A DNA stretch of 62,420 nt, the filler included, from Nemertoderma westbladi (Eukaryota > Animalia > Xenacoelomorpha): the NCBI GenBank assembly GCA_032718475.1. It is 4 parts of 4 records of this genome, joined end to end, with 100 filler letters (N's around TTAATTAATTAA, not from the genome) between each part and the next. Parts side by side here need not be neighbours in the genome. Positions count along the whole stretch, not along the records: positions 23,343 to 49,651 come from JAUCBJ010004205.1; positions 49,752 to 58,787 come from JAUCBJ010001827.1; 2 more parts are not named here. One strand, given 5' to 3'. This document shows positions 37,501-50,170 of this stretch, piece by piece. The number at the start of each line of letters is the position of its first letter. Position 1 is the stretch's first letter. Both the position numbers and the translations under genes were made by a program. The notes beneath the pieces were generated by a model. The model ran no database searches, was not told the DNA's origin, and was given only the letters and a program-made list of their open reading frames with translations.

Positions 37501-38834
37501 TGCTGCACCCGCAACTCTTCCTTCTCACGCCGCACCTCTTCCTTCTGCCTGTCGATCTCCGCTTGTTCCCGCTGTCTGTCGACTGTCTCCGCTAGCTGCC
37601 GCTCCACCTGCAGTGAGTGGCATTGCCGCAGAGCCCGCAATTCTTCCAAGCTGAACTCGCGAATTCCACCATAGACAAGAGTCTTGCTGTAATACGGCAC
37701 GTAGGTGATACCATCGCGAACTTCGTTCCAAAACTCCTTGTTGCCGAGACATAGCGGCTTGGTGGAAGGAACTACAGGAACGTCTTGCAACGCCTGTTGA
37801 CAACCAACATTAATACCAGAGTCTGCGGCGGCGCGGTCCTGGGATGACGCTGCCTCAATGTCCCTTTCGTCTAAATGTACATTAAATGCCGGTGGGTGGA
37901 CGCTGGCTTCTACTGGAGCCGAGGGGACTTTAGCGGCAGTCCATTTCCCAGGATCTCTCTTGTTTTCCTTGCCTGCAGGACAATCTTGTCGTTGTAAGGC
38001 AGTGGGTTGATCGGGTCGAGTCGTTCCTCCATCCACCGCGGTACTAAGATGAACAACCGTGTTGGAACTCCCACTATTAGACATCTGTTTACACGATTGT
38101 GCTACAACGCCCGCTGCCACGGATAATGACGCCCTCTCCACAGGCGCCTTATTTTTACTTACCACTTTCAGAGAAGCAAGAGTAGATCTATCTGACGAAG
38201 TTGCCAAGTTATCCAGGAATCCTCCTTTCTGCAGTTGCTCTGCTGTTTGTTGCGCTACATGACGCTGCAACGAGGACACCCTGGAAGCTAAACTGTCAAC
38301 GGGCACCGCCTTCATTTTAATACCTAATTCGAGAACTCCAATCGCTTTTTTAAAATTGTGTTCGTGGAGGTAACAGTCCGACCATAACTCATATAATATG
38401 CTGACTCTTGTCCCGACACCGGCATTGTACAATTCTTTGAGAGTTGTAAACACGGCCACTCGCGAGGGCATCCTTGTAATGTACTTCACCCAAACGTCGA
38501 TGTAGCGTTCATCTTGTTTGTATCTATCATTGTTAGCGAATTGGGCAGTACATTTCTCTAGTAACTCCTGAATGTGACTCTTTGCCCCAGCCGAAGGGTA
38601 ATGCTCTTCCGTCCACTTGATGTAGTCCAGCCAGTTCACCAGCGGGTCCTCGGCCTCTGTAGTGCGAATTAACATCTCGAAATGTTGTCGTTCCTTATCG
38701 GCGGCATCTGTATCATTTGAGGATAGAGACGCTCTTAGTACGCTGATATCACGCCCGTTTGTCAGCGGTTGTACATTCTCCTTACACGTTTCCCAAACGT
38801 AATTAGAATCATCGTCATCACCAGCTTCAGCCAT
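34560..38834 (-). CDS. BUB1: Mitotic checkpoint protein Mad3/Bub1 (MadBub), single exon
   Basis: N-terminal WETCKENVQPL KEN box and TPR, second KEN, GLEBS (EFSLEELRA), CD1 (SSPTIHT), LxxIxE KARD (LSTIME), and kinase motifs GVGGFA, VALK, HADIKPDN, DFG. Confidence 0.95.
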   Translation of the reverse strand: MAEAGDDDDSNYVWETCKENVQPLTNGRDISVLRASLSSNDTDAADKERQHFEMLIRTTEAEDPLVNWLDYIKWTEEHYPSAGAKSHIQELLEKCTAQFANNDRYKQDERYIDVWVKYITRMPSRVAVFTTLKELYNAGVGTRVSILYELWSDCYLHEHNFKKAIGVLELGIKMKAVPVDSLASRVSSLQRHVAQQTAEQLQKGGFLDNLATSSDRSTLASLKVVSKNKAPVERASLSVAAGVVAQSCKQMSNSGSSNTVVHLSTAVDGGTTRPDQPTALQRQDCPAGKENKRDPGKWTAAKVPSAPVEASVHPPAFNVHLDERDIEAASSQDRAAADSGINVGCQQALQDVPVVPSTKPLCLGNKEFWNEVRDGITYVPYYSKTLVYGGIREFSLEELRALRQCHSLQVERQLAETVDRQREQAEIDRQKEEVRREKEELRVQQEDLQRVFRQIEEERNAIENARKESEADRRRMDGDLQGRCRRDRIAQTLAYDEPTYTHLFRKPPPVTSNTGLCSNEPDVNDGRPLSTPPLTDSPPSSISRSSIMNLENKPAGINTENKPAGINTENKPAGINTENTPAGINTENKPAGINTENKPAGINTENKLAGINTENKPAGINPENKPAGINTENKPTGINTENKPAGINTENKPAGINCSNPSSSIAEIGNNSQHSKVLAPAFAIYRSPDNSRSKTTQESSEFVECPTFGGVVRQSDEGPTLTESDECPTPRDSDVALVRVLSKAHLQEQAEASSPHQEQSGISSPTIHTAAALRNVMAGFENSLTIEWNPRYQEEDESILEHPVVPPSVPFAIFQDPIQTSDKPPSNVRSSDWLDTTFAPIDGSVGFDARARMISTPMNPSIQELPSFPASSIRPNVDDLLRKEKCEEPAREEERENDELVLSTIMELSKECYSSASSGSSKYASTNAHSYGWASNAHSTGHSNANSYGAAAQFNKTEEPRRGDTGQLRTRCLSAGDAVQKDSADEVVGVAVAHVEPVNDAGFPAVTRVAGFGTTFSVSSGAVSGLVERRSAAYGIHAMCDDSELELPVEMTRTRGVVFQGDPFSRDVCTALLRNLDTDHAMVRAQLVRFTERRFVSDAACPRIRVGHDFAVGSGSGREVYTVTGSLGVGGFARIYRARLVSAGEDARGFIINDIRDVALKLESPSKPWEFYIILEVHRRLQECSLDLTPCIIQLRTVYFFEKSSCIVSNVEASGTVLDVVNLYQKEKRNGLPEVLVALITLDLLTIVEQLHKIDIIHADIKPDNLLILYSISESVKRLGEPTYRPSSIQLIDFGRAIDMSLFDPGTTFVTRSNTSSSECPEMLEGRPWTYQADTYGVASTVYLMLFGEYLSVTGKKGEYRVKGSFKRWWKIPLWKKLFNDLINVPSCDNQPDISEMRCHLMDFLKDNSSTLLSKCNELAMKLA
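36861..37184 (-). repeat. 12 x 27-bp coding minisatellite (ENKPAGINT)
   Basis: 324 bp, in frame within MadBub. Confidence 0.97.
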
Positions 38835-39292
38835 TTCTGCATTATTATGCTGTTAGATTATTAAACTTCAATTTATAAAATATCAATATCAACAATAAAC
38901 TAATAATATTACTAGGGCAGTAGGGGGCCTAAATTATAAACAAGGCCTATCATAATAGTCGAGGGTGACAGACCGAACGTTTGATTTCAGGAGTTAACTG
39001 ATGAATGCTTCCTTTCTGCCTTTATTTACAGAAAGAAACAGTTTGGTGAGTACAAAATAAAGACACAATGAAATAATCTGAATAATCTTGTAACATGTAT
39101 TTCGTTAATTGTTTTGCAGTTTTGCAGTTTTGGTTCCGTTCCCCCAACACGGGGAATTTTCGGTTTGGGGGACACTGAAACGCTAAAAAACGCATGTGTC
39201 TGAAAAACCTGTCTGATGTCTGGTGGGAAAACACATTTTTTCTCATATTCATTTCTACATTGTCTATAGCTATCAGCCTATATGACAGTATG

Positions 39293-39570
39293 AAAAGACT
39301 CTGATATTTTTCTCAAATTTCCCGGTTTCCTCGGGAAAATACCGAGAACAAATACGGGAAATTTTTTTCACAATCTTTAGCCTATTCAAAATTTGTTTCG
39401 AATATTCATTACCACAACTACCAGTAGGCCTACTGCCTGACTGCACCGTACCGCTATGTGCAATGATGTGCTATGCGCTATGCATGAAAGGACTCTGATA
39501 TTTTTCTCAAATTTCCCGATTCCCGGTCTCCTAGGCCTAGGGGAAATAGCGGGAAAAAAGACGGGAAAAA
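39293..39570. repeat. Imperfect direct repeat upstream of BUB1
   Basis: gactctgatattttt(t)ctcaaatttcccg...cgggaaa at ~39297 and ~39491. Confidence 0.6.
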
Positions 39571-39969
39571 TTTTGCCAAAAATTGTAAAGATTTTAGATA
39601 AACATGGTTTTCTCAATCAATATTTCAGTATTTTTATTATACATAACATATTAATCAGTTAATTATACCCAGTAATCTGAGTATAATAATAGAAATACCG
39701 GTACGACTGTACGAGTATTACAGTATTAAACAATACAAAGCATGCAAATTAATTTCACCATTTTTTGAGGGAATATTCCATTCTCCTGTCAGCATGTTCT
39801 CATTGACAGATTGACTCTGTGTTAAACAGGATTAACGTGATTTGTTAGGCCTACTGCTGTACTCGAGTGTACTGCTTAGTAGCAACTTTCTCCAACCTGC
39901 CAACCACATTACTTGTTTTATAGGCCTACAAAATGGAATAATGTTAACTGAAAAAGCCACAATCTAAAC

Positions 39970-42900
39970 CATGGACTTCTAGAATATTATTTATACGGTA
40001 CCTACCAGCCTACAACCTACTGATCTATAAATTATATATTCAGATATTAATTATATACAACACTAACAAACAACAAACATAGTCAGAAAAAACGGCCAAA
40101 ATGGTGGACTAAAGAATTATCAATCACTATCAAAAGGAAAAGAAAACTATGGGATAGCTATAAAAGAAATCCGTCTACCTCTAACTATAATGTGTATAAA
40201 ACTTCCCGTAACCAATGTAGCCTTATGACTAGAAACACCCAATACGAATTTGAAAAAAGTGTAGCTAAGTGTGCAGCAACAAAACCTAAAGAATTTTGGA
40301 AGTATATCCAATCAAAACGAAAAGTAAAACCTGCAGTTTACGACCTAATGGACCCTTCTGGTAAGCTAGTAACTGACAACAAGGAAAAGGCCAACACACT
40401 AAACAAACACTATTCATCAGTCTCTACCGTTGAAGATTTGACAAATATCCCCCACGTCCAACACCCTCTACCATTCCACCAACCTATCACAACGGTTGAC
40501 TTCCAGGAATCAGACATCTCTGTGGCTATTACGAAGATGAACGGATCAGGCGCACCTGGTCCCGACGAGGTCTACCCAGCTGTGCTGAAAGAACTCTCTT
40601 CTGAAATATGTTTACCCTTGAAACATATTTTTCAGAAGTCAATGGATACAGCAACGGTACCGCAGCAATGGAAGTTAGCCAATATTACGCCAATATTTAA
40701 AAGTGGAAAAAAGAATGCCTCTGAAAATTACAGACGGATAAGTCTCACTTCTGTTGTCGCCAAGCTGATGGAAAGAATTGTGGTCGATAACATGTGGATT
40801 CACCTTAAAGAAAATGTTTTAATTGTCCACCAACAGTACGGATTCCAGCACGGTAAATCGTGTACCCTTCAACTTTTGGATGTTATCTATACGTGGTCAC
40901 AAGCACTAGACCAAAGACAATGTATAGATATCGCATACATGGACTTCAGCAAGGCATTTGACTGTGTTCCACATCGACGCTTGCTGCACAAACTAGAGAC
41001 TCTTGGAATAGCTGGAAACCTATTGGGTTGGATTGAGAATTTCCTAAGTGATCGGTACCAACGAGTTGTGGTACAGGGCGAACATTCTGATTGGCTGCCA
41101 GTGCGAAGTGGAGTGCCACAAGGAAGTGTGGGTGCCGTTTTGTATTTCCTTGGATTTGTAAATGATATACCAAGTCTGGTGCAATTTCTCATTTTCCTAT
41201 TCGCAGACGACACCAAGGATAGCTGTATTTTTACTCCTGACCCTACACTTTCCATCGGACCCCTTCAGACTGATCTCGATATTCTTCACACATGGAGCAT
41301 CACCTGGCAACTGTTATTCAACCACGACAAATGTAAAATCATGCACGTTGGCAATAATAACCCCTGCTTACCATACACTCTTGGCGGGAAGCCGCTAAAA
41401 ACTACAGATTCCGAGAAAGACCTAGGCGTTACATTCCAGAACAATTTGTCATTCAGCCGACATATATCAAATATAACAAAGAAAGCGAACCGAACTTTGG
41501 GGCTAATATACAGATCATTTAACCATCTAGACTCAGACATCTTTATTGCACTCTTTAAATCTTTGGTCCGTCCAGTTCTAGAATATGCGTCCACAGTATG
41601 GTCTCCACACAATATATGTGACATTAGACTAATCGAATCTGTGCAACGACGTGCAACAAGACTAGTAAAGGATTTGCGAGATAAGCCTTATCCTACGAGA
41701 CTACGCGAATTGGGACTACCTACACTGGAATACAGACGGCATCGCGCAGACCTCGTGCAAATTTACCGTTACCTGAGTGGAATGGAATCGGTCGACTTCA
41801 GAAACATGCTCACACTCGCAGAAACTAACCTCCGTGGCCATTCGCTTAAACTAAACAAACCGCGCGCACGTCTCCTCCAACGCAATGCAACATTCCATTT
41901 CCGTGTCATTGACCCCTGGAACGCCTTATCCGAATCTGTAGTAACCGCCCCCTCACTTAACGCATTCAAATCGAGACTCAATAACCACTACAAAAACTTA
42001 CCGCTCAAATTTACCCCCTCCTGGTGGTCCGAATAACGAGACTTAGAGTCAATGACCCCCCCCCCCCCTCTCCACAAACTCACATTAGTTATATTTAATT
42101 GTTTTCTTTTTATAGTCGCACATCAATATTTATTTTTATCGCATTTTATCTTATTTTACTTATCTACTTATTTTTCACTTGATCTACTTATTTTTATGTA
42201 ACTTACAGTATAATCTCTTACCAATCGTTCGTATTTTTAAATAGACCCAAATGGTGCAACTGTTATTTCTTAAATAATCCAATTCATATGCAATATTTTA
42301 TTTTAATTAAATCCATCAGTTCTACATACCAAACGGTTTCTATACAACGATTTTATCGAATATTTTAATTTTATTTTATATTTTATTTTAACCCTTAAAG
42401 CTTAAACTGTGTACTTATTTTCTCATCGTGTAGTGTTAGCTAATCCATGTAAATTTAAGTGTTCAAATGTCTTGATCTATTTTACATACCGTACTGTTTT
42501 TATAGCTATGGATTATCTGATATTTTAAATTAATTTTATATTTTATTTTAACCCTTAAACTATCGATATTAGCCCTAACCGATATACTTGTATCCGATTT
42601 TATCGACTGATATGTAACTTTCTGTGTATACTCGTGATACTATATAGACTGTCATTTTATTGAATTTGTTTAGTAATTCTAATGTATATTTGTAATTTTT
42701 AGTGTATGTATCTGACTTTATCGACTGTTATGTAATTTGCTGTGTATACTCGTGATTTTATAGACGTCACTTCAACCCTTTAGCAAGCAAGACATTTTAT
42801 TAGTAACCATTTTTATAAGAACACTATTTTAATTTAACTGCGTCCTTTTATGTTTCAATTGTTTTATATATGTTTTTGTCATTGTTTCGTAAACATGGTC

Positions 42901-43071
42901 GGTATTGGTCGCAATACTTAATTACTTACCGGTACTGTTATAATTACTTTCAGTTGGACTTTCTTTTGGTGTGTACGGGTTCCATAAGCATTAGCTTTCT
43001 TATACCCAAACTATTAAACATTAAACATTAAACATATTATTAGGTATAAATTAATATTCTAGAAGACCATG
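39970..43071. mobile_element. Small TIR element hosting the CR1 insertion
   Basis: catggacttctagaatattatttatac (39970-39996) is inverted with 43044-43071; flanks tctaaac / tctaaat. Confidence 0.6.
40060..43035 (+). mobile_element. CR1-clade LINE, 5'-truncated; RT ORF to 42036
   Basis: APGPD, DFSKAFD, SGVPQGSV, FADD, EKDLGV, RPVLEYASTVWSP and LRGHSLKL motifs; long 3' UTR ending in (TTAAACA)n. Confidence 0.92.
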
Positions 43072-43296
43072 TCTAAATAAACGTGTCAGCCAGTAGGCCT
43101 CATGCATTTGCATACGATCATCCGAATACGCAGTACGGTAGATCATGTGTTTTAAATGAATCGATCGCTAATACTGGAAAAGGCTGATAGGGCCAGTTAA
43201 ATACCGGTCAGCCGGTAGCGGAGCGGTACTGGTACAGTTCTACTGTAGCAGTGTAGGCCTACTGACAGACTGTACTGTCTGACTGTAGGCCTGAAA

Positions 43297-43685
43297 TGTG
43301 GGGCGAGCCACGAAGTGAGCGAAGCCTTAGCATATGGGTGCCATTGCCATTAGCCAGTTGTCTGTCATCGTCTGTCGTCGTCGTAAATTTTTGAACGCTA
43401 ATACAGTAATAACTCGGTTAGGCTATTCATTGACTGCTTGATGAAATTAAACGAAACTTGGTAAGTATGTTATGTAGTCCGTCAAAAGATTAGAAAGAAT
43501 ATGAAGTTTGGTCAAAAGCGAACGAACGCAACGAGGCAAAATATGAGGACGAGTATTGTGTTGAAGACTTCTGACTAACGGCAGACAATTCGTTACTGCG
43601 TTAATCTGTTAATGGTGCCCTTCGCATATGCAGATATGCTAAAGGCGTTGCTCACTTCGTGCTGCGCGAAGGCCCCACGAACGTG
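43297..43685 (+). mobile_element. Short DINE-1/Helentron-like element
   Basis: Same terminus as 32511-33263; right end cttcgtgctgcgcgaaggccccacgaacgtg is shared with ~48220-48250. Confidence 0.6.
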
Positions 43686-45223
43686 TATTATATGTGGCAG
43701 CGCCTGCAGTGTGGGGTAGGCAGGTAGGTGATAAAATTCACAACGACTGAACGAGCAAACATAAACAACGAGGTACCGGTATAAATTTTCCGTAGAGGTG
43801 TATACAGGTTAGGCTGTAGGCTGTAGGCTGATAGGTGATAGGCTCTATAAAGGCGTGAAGTAGGTGTCGTGGTCCTGTCTGCCTGTTGTCGTATGTGGTA
43901 TGGCTGTATACGGTTAGGCTGATAGGCCTAGGGTCGTAGGCGTAGGACTGTAGGGTAGGGCAGTAGGTTAAGTGCCATACAGCCATAGGACATGCATGCA
44001 GTAAGCTGGTAAGTACAGAAGTATGCTAGTCTAGTATGCTACCTTACCTCTGTACCTACTACAGTACTACCGTACGTACTACCGCGCTACCGGACCAGAC
44101 ATGCAGAGAAGCTTATGTGTAGTTATGCATGTTATGGTAGCTTGAAATCCTGTGAACATTTTGTTTATCCAAATACGTAGCTGGGCAACAATGCATTACA
44201 TCTTTTATCATACTATTAATTAAGTACAGTCTGACAGTAGTTATATTCATTCATCTGTTCATTAAGGGAGGGGGGTAACTCCCCCTGGTGTTTTTTTGAA
44301 TTTGTGGGGCGAGACACGTAGTCGGCGAGCCTTGGCATACGGTTCATATAGCCTAGCTGTATAGGGCAAATGGGGCATGTCTGTCCGCCTATATGGATTA
44401 TTGACAAAAAGCGCGCCACACGGGTTCTGGTAAAACGAAAAGCGCACCAGCCATGACATTCAATGCGCGCCAACCAGCCAACCATTCACCAACTGACCAA
44501 GAAATTTTGCAATTATTAGGGTACGGTACTGCCTGAAAGTATTATATTGTAATAATTTATGAGTTTGTACTGCAGCAGAAGACCTACTGACAGCAGTACA
44601 GTATTAAAATATTAAAAGGCGAGCGTAGCGAGCAAATAAATTTTGCAGAAATATTAAGATTAATACAGTATTAGCAGATCAGTCAGATAGTAGGTCATAG
44701 GTCAACCAACTGTTTTTAAAAACAGATGTCATTAAATTGCGAGCGTAGCTAGCAAGAAAATTTTAACATTTATATTAGGCCAACCAACTGTTTTTAAATA
44801 CAGACAGACAGATGTCATTAAATGGTTATCGTTCATATGCGTACCTCTGGCAAAAGAAGCAGGTTACAGTGGTGGTGTTTTCTAACCAAAACAATAAACT
44901 AATCTCCACTCGCCATTACTTAATTAACGGAAAGGAGCAGGTTACAGTGGTGGGCTTTTCTAACCAAAACAATAAACAATATCTCAATAACATAGGGTAT
45001 TTCATACTTATAGTCTTATTTTTGCAATACGAAAATACCAGAGGTACGCATATGAACTATAACTCATTAAATTGCGAGTGTAGCGAGCAAGAAAATTTTA
45101 ACATTTATAGTAGGCCAACCAACTGTTTTTAAATATAGAATATGATTATGGATTAAATTGACAGCGTAGCGAGCATGAGAATGTGGTTTTATATGGGTTT
45201 GAACAATTGAAACAACTCACAGA

Positions 45224-46132
45224 CCAGGTTGGAATTCATGCTGCAAAACTCGGACGCGTACCTGCGCGAATGACCGCAAACCAGATGCGCGTTGCGCGTT
45301 TGGGTGAGACAGGTGCGCGTTCGGGTGTGAGACAGGTGCACGTTGCGCCTCAGCGCGCAGCTCTGCCTCTGATGCGCACCACAAATTAATTGAAATCACG
45401 AAAATACACAAAAAAATTTCGCTCGCTTCGCTCGCATTAGTTTCTCATTTACAATTCTTCAAACAGTCAAATCACTTCACCATAATACTGTAATACCGGC
45501 AACCGGAGCTGAATTTGTCTATTTATTTTAACTACAGTACTCTATTGTTGTATTGTTATTAGGTCTATGCTATGCCGATGTTACGTTAGTAAACAGGTAA
45601 AGTCAGAAAGTAACAATGTATTATAAGTATGACTTAATTATAAGCCAACTGTATGTTTAAGCCTAATTGTTAGGTAGGCCTATACAAAGTATTATTGGCA
45701 GACTGGTACCTATTTCAATATTCGTTTTTTTGAAATTACCGGTACATGTTTTGTTTGTAATCTAAAATAATATTTTCTGTTATAAAAGCAGTGAGCCCGA
45801 TGGGCCACCATAGTAGTGGATTAAAAAAATATTTTTTAATATTAACAATTTTGATGTTGCAAAAATTACATTTATTATGTAAGCCTAGATTCAACGTACA
45901 GACAGACAGACGTAAAGATAAGCTTAAAACGCTCAAACTTGTAAAATAGGAATGTAAAATTGTTCTTATGAACTCTGAACTGTGCGATTTTTTGAGATAT
46001 GCATGACATGAGCTGCGCGATTTTGTTTGGATTATGACATATGATGAGGTGCGCGACGAGCCAATTTCAGGTGCGCGGTGATTTCAAAACAACAAAGCGT
46101 ACCTGCGCGCTCATGCATGAATTCCAACCTGG
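45224..46132. mobile_element. MITE with 8-bp TSD (hAT-like)
   Basis: TIR CCAGGTTGGAATTCATGC; TSD CTCACAGA at 45216-45223 and 46133-46140. Confidence 0.85.
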
Positions 46133-46365
46133 CTCACAGACTCATGCAGGTTAATAAACAGATACAGTAGCCTAATAGGGAAATAGAAATAATGGATATG
46201 AGTAGGAAATAATTACAAACGCGAGCGAAGCGAGCGAAAATGTTTAACTCTTTTTAAACATACTGATATAATTTCAAGCTGTCAAGTAGAGTGGATTGGA
46301 TATGTTGCCACTGCATTGCTACTTGCTACTGTTACATGACATACATCTGTCCATATGCAGATATG

Positions 46366-46520
46366 CGCGCCAGATCCTCAATGCGCGCCACACGACCCTG
46401 TTGCTACGCGCCAGGATCCTAAATGTGCGCCACACGACGCTGTTGCTCCGCGCCAGGATCCTCAATGCGCGCCACACGACCCTGTTGCTCCGCGCCAGGA
46501 TCCGTAATGCGCGCCACACA
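46366..46520. repeat. 42-bp tandem repeat, ~3.6 copies
   Basis: gcgccaggatcctcaatgcgcgccacacgaccctgttgctcc. Confidence 0.9.
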
Positions 46521-49394
46521 TGTTGAGCAAAACTCTACATAAATTCCAACCTGGTCTGTCCGTCTGTCTGGTAAATCTTTGAACGCGAATTTCTCGGCAT
46601 CACTGATTCGAAATTGAACCAAACTTAGTAGGTAAGTAGTAGAGGGAAAGTTTAGAAAATTTGTAAAGTTTGGTGAAAAATCATGCAGTCTGACGTCAGC
46701 TACGACAGATTGTGATTTTAGAAAATGTTAAATTTCTCGGGAACGCCTCATTTTCCAGAACTGAAATTATGGTTGCTTGTAGAGAATCATAAAGTCTATC
46801 TTCTACGAAATTGAAAAGTTAAGACATTTAATTGGGGATCGGCTAGAGACTCCGAAGTAATGACATAGGCCTACCGGTACGGTACTGCTGTACTGTACAA
46901 GTACGAAATTGCAGAATAATAATTTATAATAATAATAATATAATAATAATGGCTTATTAACGTGCCCCCTTCTAACATTAGTCATGCAGAGGGCACCGTA
47001 ATCAAATGTATAGTTCTGCACATTATTTAAATACAAATACTACTTAATTATTACAAACTTATATTTACAACACACATTAAAAATACAAGGGATTTAAAAT
47101 TATTACATCAAGTTATCGCAAAATAATTTACGATTATTTAAAAAACAAACAGTACTTTGATACAGTAATTTGATACCACCTAGCGGATTAATATATAATT
47201 GTATATCGATCATATACATTTAATAGCATGGGGTATAGGGTCCGAGCCACGTAGTTGGTGGAGCCTTTGCGAACTGACGCTATCTCTTAGGGGGTAGGTA
47301 AATTATGGCAAATAGTTCATTCAATAATGGTACTGTATGTCATCATCGTCGCTACGATTTTGACTTATTACTTATAACTTCGTCGGATTTAAAGCTTTCG
47401 ATCTAAAATTAGTAGGCATCATTAAGACCACAAGTTTTGTTTTTTAGGGACTTCCAGACACAATCAAATCCTCAGTCTCTCGCTAGAGGGCTACATGTCT
47501 AGATATTAAATATCCTCACATTTTCTTTGCTTTAAACCCGTTCTAGCTGAAACTTGGCATATTTGTACTAGACCATTAACTGTGTCATTCAAAGGAGGCT
47601 CATCTGTCTGCAGTTCACTAGTCTGCCGCTAGAGGGCAAAATATCTCAAAGTGCAATCACTGAACTAGAACGTGAATGTGCTAGAACACGTCCAGTGTAC
47701 GTGTTTGCCGGACTAGGAATCAGTCCGACCAGTTCTACCTCACCGCTATTCCAGCAAGGTGTAATTCTATAGGACATGCAATACAGTAGTGTTAGGCCCT
47801 AGAGTAATAAGACAGCTTGCTTATTGTTTATCTCGCAAAATGATTGCCTGAGTATTTAATGGAGATTCTTTAGAATAAATATAGCTAAATAATTTTGTTG
47901 TGACATCGACATGGTAAATTAATATTTCAGTATCAATACTAAAACGTCATAATGTAAGTTATAACATTTCTTATAAATTTGGTCGCCTCCACGCCTAAAA
48001 TATATTACTTTAAAACACAAATTTTCTGTTAATACCTGCCTGTGAACAATCCTCTGTGTACCTTTGGGTTGGGGTGCAGATTAAGGGGGGGGGGGGGGGG
48101 GGGGGGTGGAAAGCGAGCAACTTTCCCCTCTTATGATTTATTTGTGGTGTGGTTAATTTCTTAAATAGAGATTTTGTGTTAGAATTGCTCAATTTTAATT
48201 TGTATCTCATAACTGAGCCTCGTGCTGCGCGAAGGCCCCACGAACGTGTTTATATCTCCAATATGGTTGAAACATGCCCAGAAAACTATATACCATCGAA
48301 AAGAGAATGAACTAAAGTAAATATAAATCTGAAAAAAAACGTAAGATTTAAAATATTTCGCTCAAAGGACTACTACTCCGATATTTCCCATTTTCATTTT
48401 TCGATACCACATTTTTTGGAACCAGCATGTTAAATTTCATCATATTCTACGGCCACTTTTTTTATTTGTGATAATTAGAAATTTTGTAAAAAAAAATAAT
48501 AATTTAAAAAAATCCACGATTTTTTATGTTTTTTTCTTACAAAAATGCAAAAATATTCTGAAATAAAAAAAGTGGCCGAAGAATATTAAAAGCTTATTAA
48601 ATTTCCTTTCATGAAAATCAAAAATCACCAAAAAAGAAATGCTGAAATGGCTTAATGGTTAAGAAATGGCGGAGGAGTTAGTGTTTTTTGTGTGAAAAAA
48701 TGTAATTCCGAGATAGCCTTTGATGTTTGAACCTTCCTGCGCAAAAACTGTCTGTTATACTGTATGTGATAAATATATAATGTCTGTCACTGTCATACTG
48801 TATCTAGCAACACGAAAGCACAAACCATGCTAAGATTTTATGGGTTTTCCTGGTCGCTGATTTCATTTCTGAGGTCAGTTTTCACTTTTAATGAAATCTA
48901 GTCTGTCGTTCGGTCTTTCTGACTATCCGACAATCTGTCCATCAAATTTATGGAAAGGGCAGATCTTCTAGCTATAGGTTTAGCTCTAGGGGTTTTCTGG
49001 GTCGCAGAATCCATTTCGAGTGTCAGTTTTAACATTTGATGACTTCCAAATTCTCTGTTTGGGGCTGTCGGTTATATTTTGACTGACAGACATGCGTACA
49101 GACAGGAACGACGACGCAAAAGTTATAATACTGATATCAGGAATGATGTCACGAAAGAATAAAACCCATATTGCAAATTTTTTAGACAGATAGTATGAAT
49201 TCCATTGTTTTGGAGACATACTGTACTTACGGACAGACCGACAGTTTAAACGGACCTAGATAGCCATATATCGAGAAGTAAGACGATTTGCTGAACGAAC
49301 GGTTTTCATATTTGGAATCCTGATTAAATTCTGCAAAGAAAATGAAAATTTTAACAACCTTGGGGGTTATACCCCCCCCCCCCCCCACCCCTTA

Positions 49395-49578
49395 ACAACT
49401 AAACCCGAAAAAACTAAAACTAATTAGGCCTAATAACTAAACTAATACGAACTTAAACCTAATCCCGAACTAAACTAATAACTAAACCAGAACGAAACTG
49501 AAACTAATTAATAACTAAACTAAAACGAACTTAAAAAAACTAATCCCGAACTAAATAATTAACAACTAAACTAAAACG
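49395..49578. repeat. Low-complexity AACTAA-rich repeat
   Basis: Degenerate aactaa/cgaac units. Confidence 0.7.
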
Positions 49579-49651
49579 TTCATACAAAGCTGGAACTTCT
49601 GAGCTGTCAGCTACAGTCCCATTATATTCTTACTCTACATCAATAATCTAC

Positions 49652-49751
49652 NNNNNNNNNNNNNNNNNNNNNNNNNNNNNNNNNNNNNNNNNNNNTTAAT
49701 TAATTAANNNNNNNNNNNNNNNNNNNNNNNNNNNNNNNNNNNNNNNNNNNN
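49652..49751. other. Assembly gap with linker
   Basis: N-run with TTAATTAATTAA. Confidence 0.95.
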
Positions 49752-50170
49752 ACAGCAGTCGAAGAGTAACCAGGGTGAGTTGGCGATCGAATCGATATAA
49801 TAGGATAGTGTGGGGCTAGCCACACGCTGAGAGGTTTGGGTACGCGCGAAGATGAATATGCTATGGTTGGTTGATGCAACGACACGAACCAATACGCGCG
49901 GGAGGTAACAGCTGTAGGAGTAAGGAGGGCATCGTGAGGTTAGGCTACGCGTAGGTGATAGGCAGCGATTGGTTGAAGGCAACAAGGCGAATCAATATTG
50001 ATGGTGACAGATGGTCATTAAACACCTCGATTTAGGGTAGAAATTTGGCATTTTTTAATTGCCTCCGAGATGTGGCCCGTAGCCCAGGCTAGGGAGGAGA
50101 TAGCCGAGGGCTATGCTTCTCCTACTACTATCCTAACCTTTGTTCATCAGTTAGTTTAACTGCTGTTTAA

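Larger units (their letters stand above)
44302..48248 (+). mobile_element. DINE-1/Helentron-like element with nested insertions
   Basis: 44302-44387 plus 46555-46870 together equal the reverse complement of 58888-59305; GTCY microsatellite; family right end at ~48245. Confidence 0.6.

Noticed and set aside
48081-49395. TTAA-G-run ... C-run-TTAA as a Kolobok/piggyBac-like element
   Set aside because: Ends are homopolymers with little further complementarity; insufficient support.
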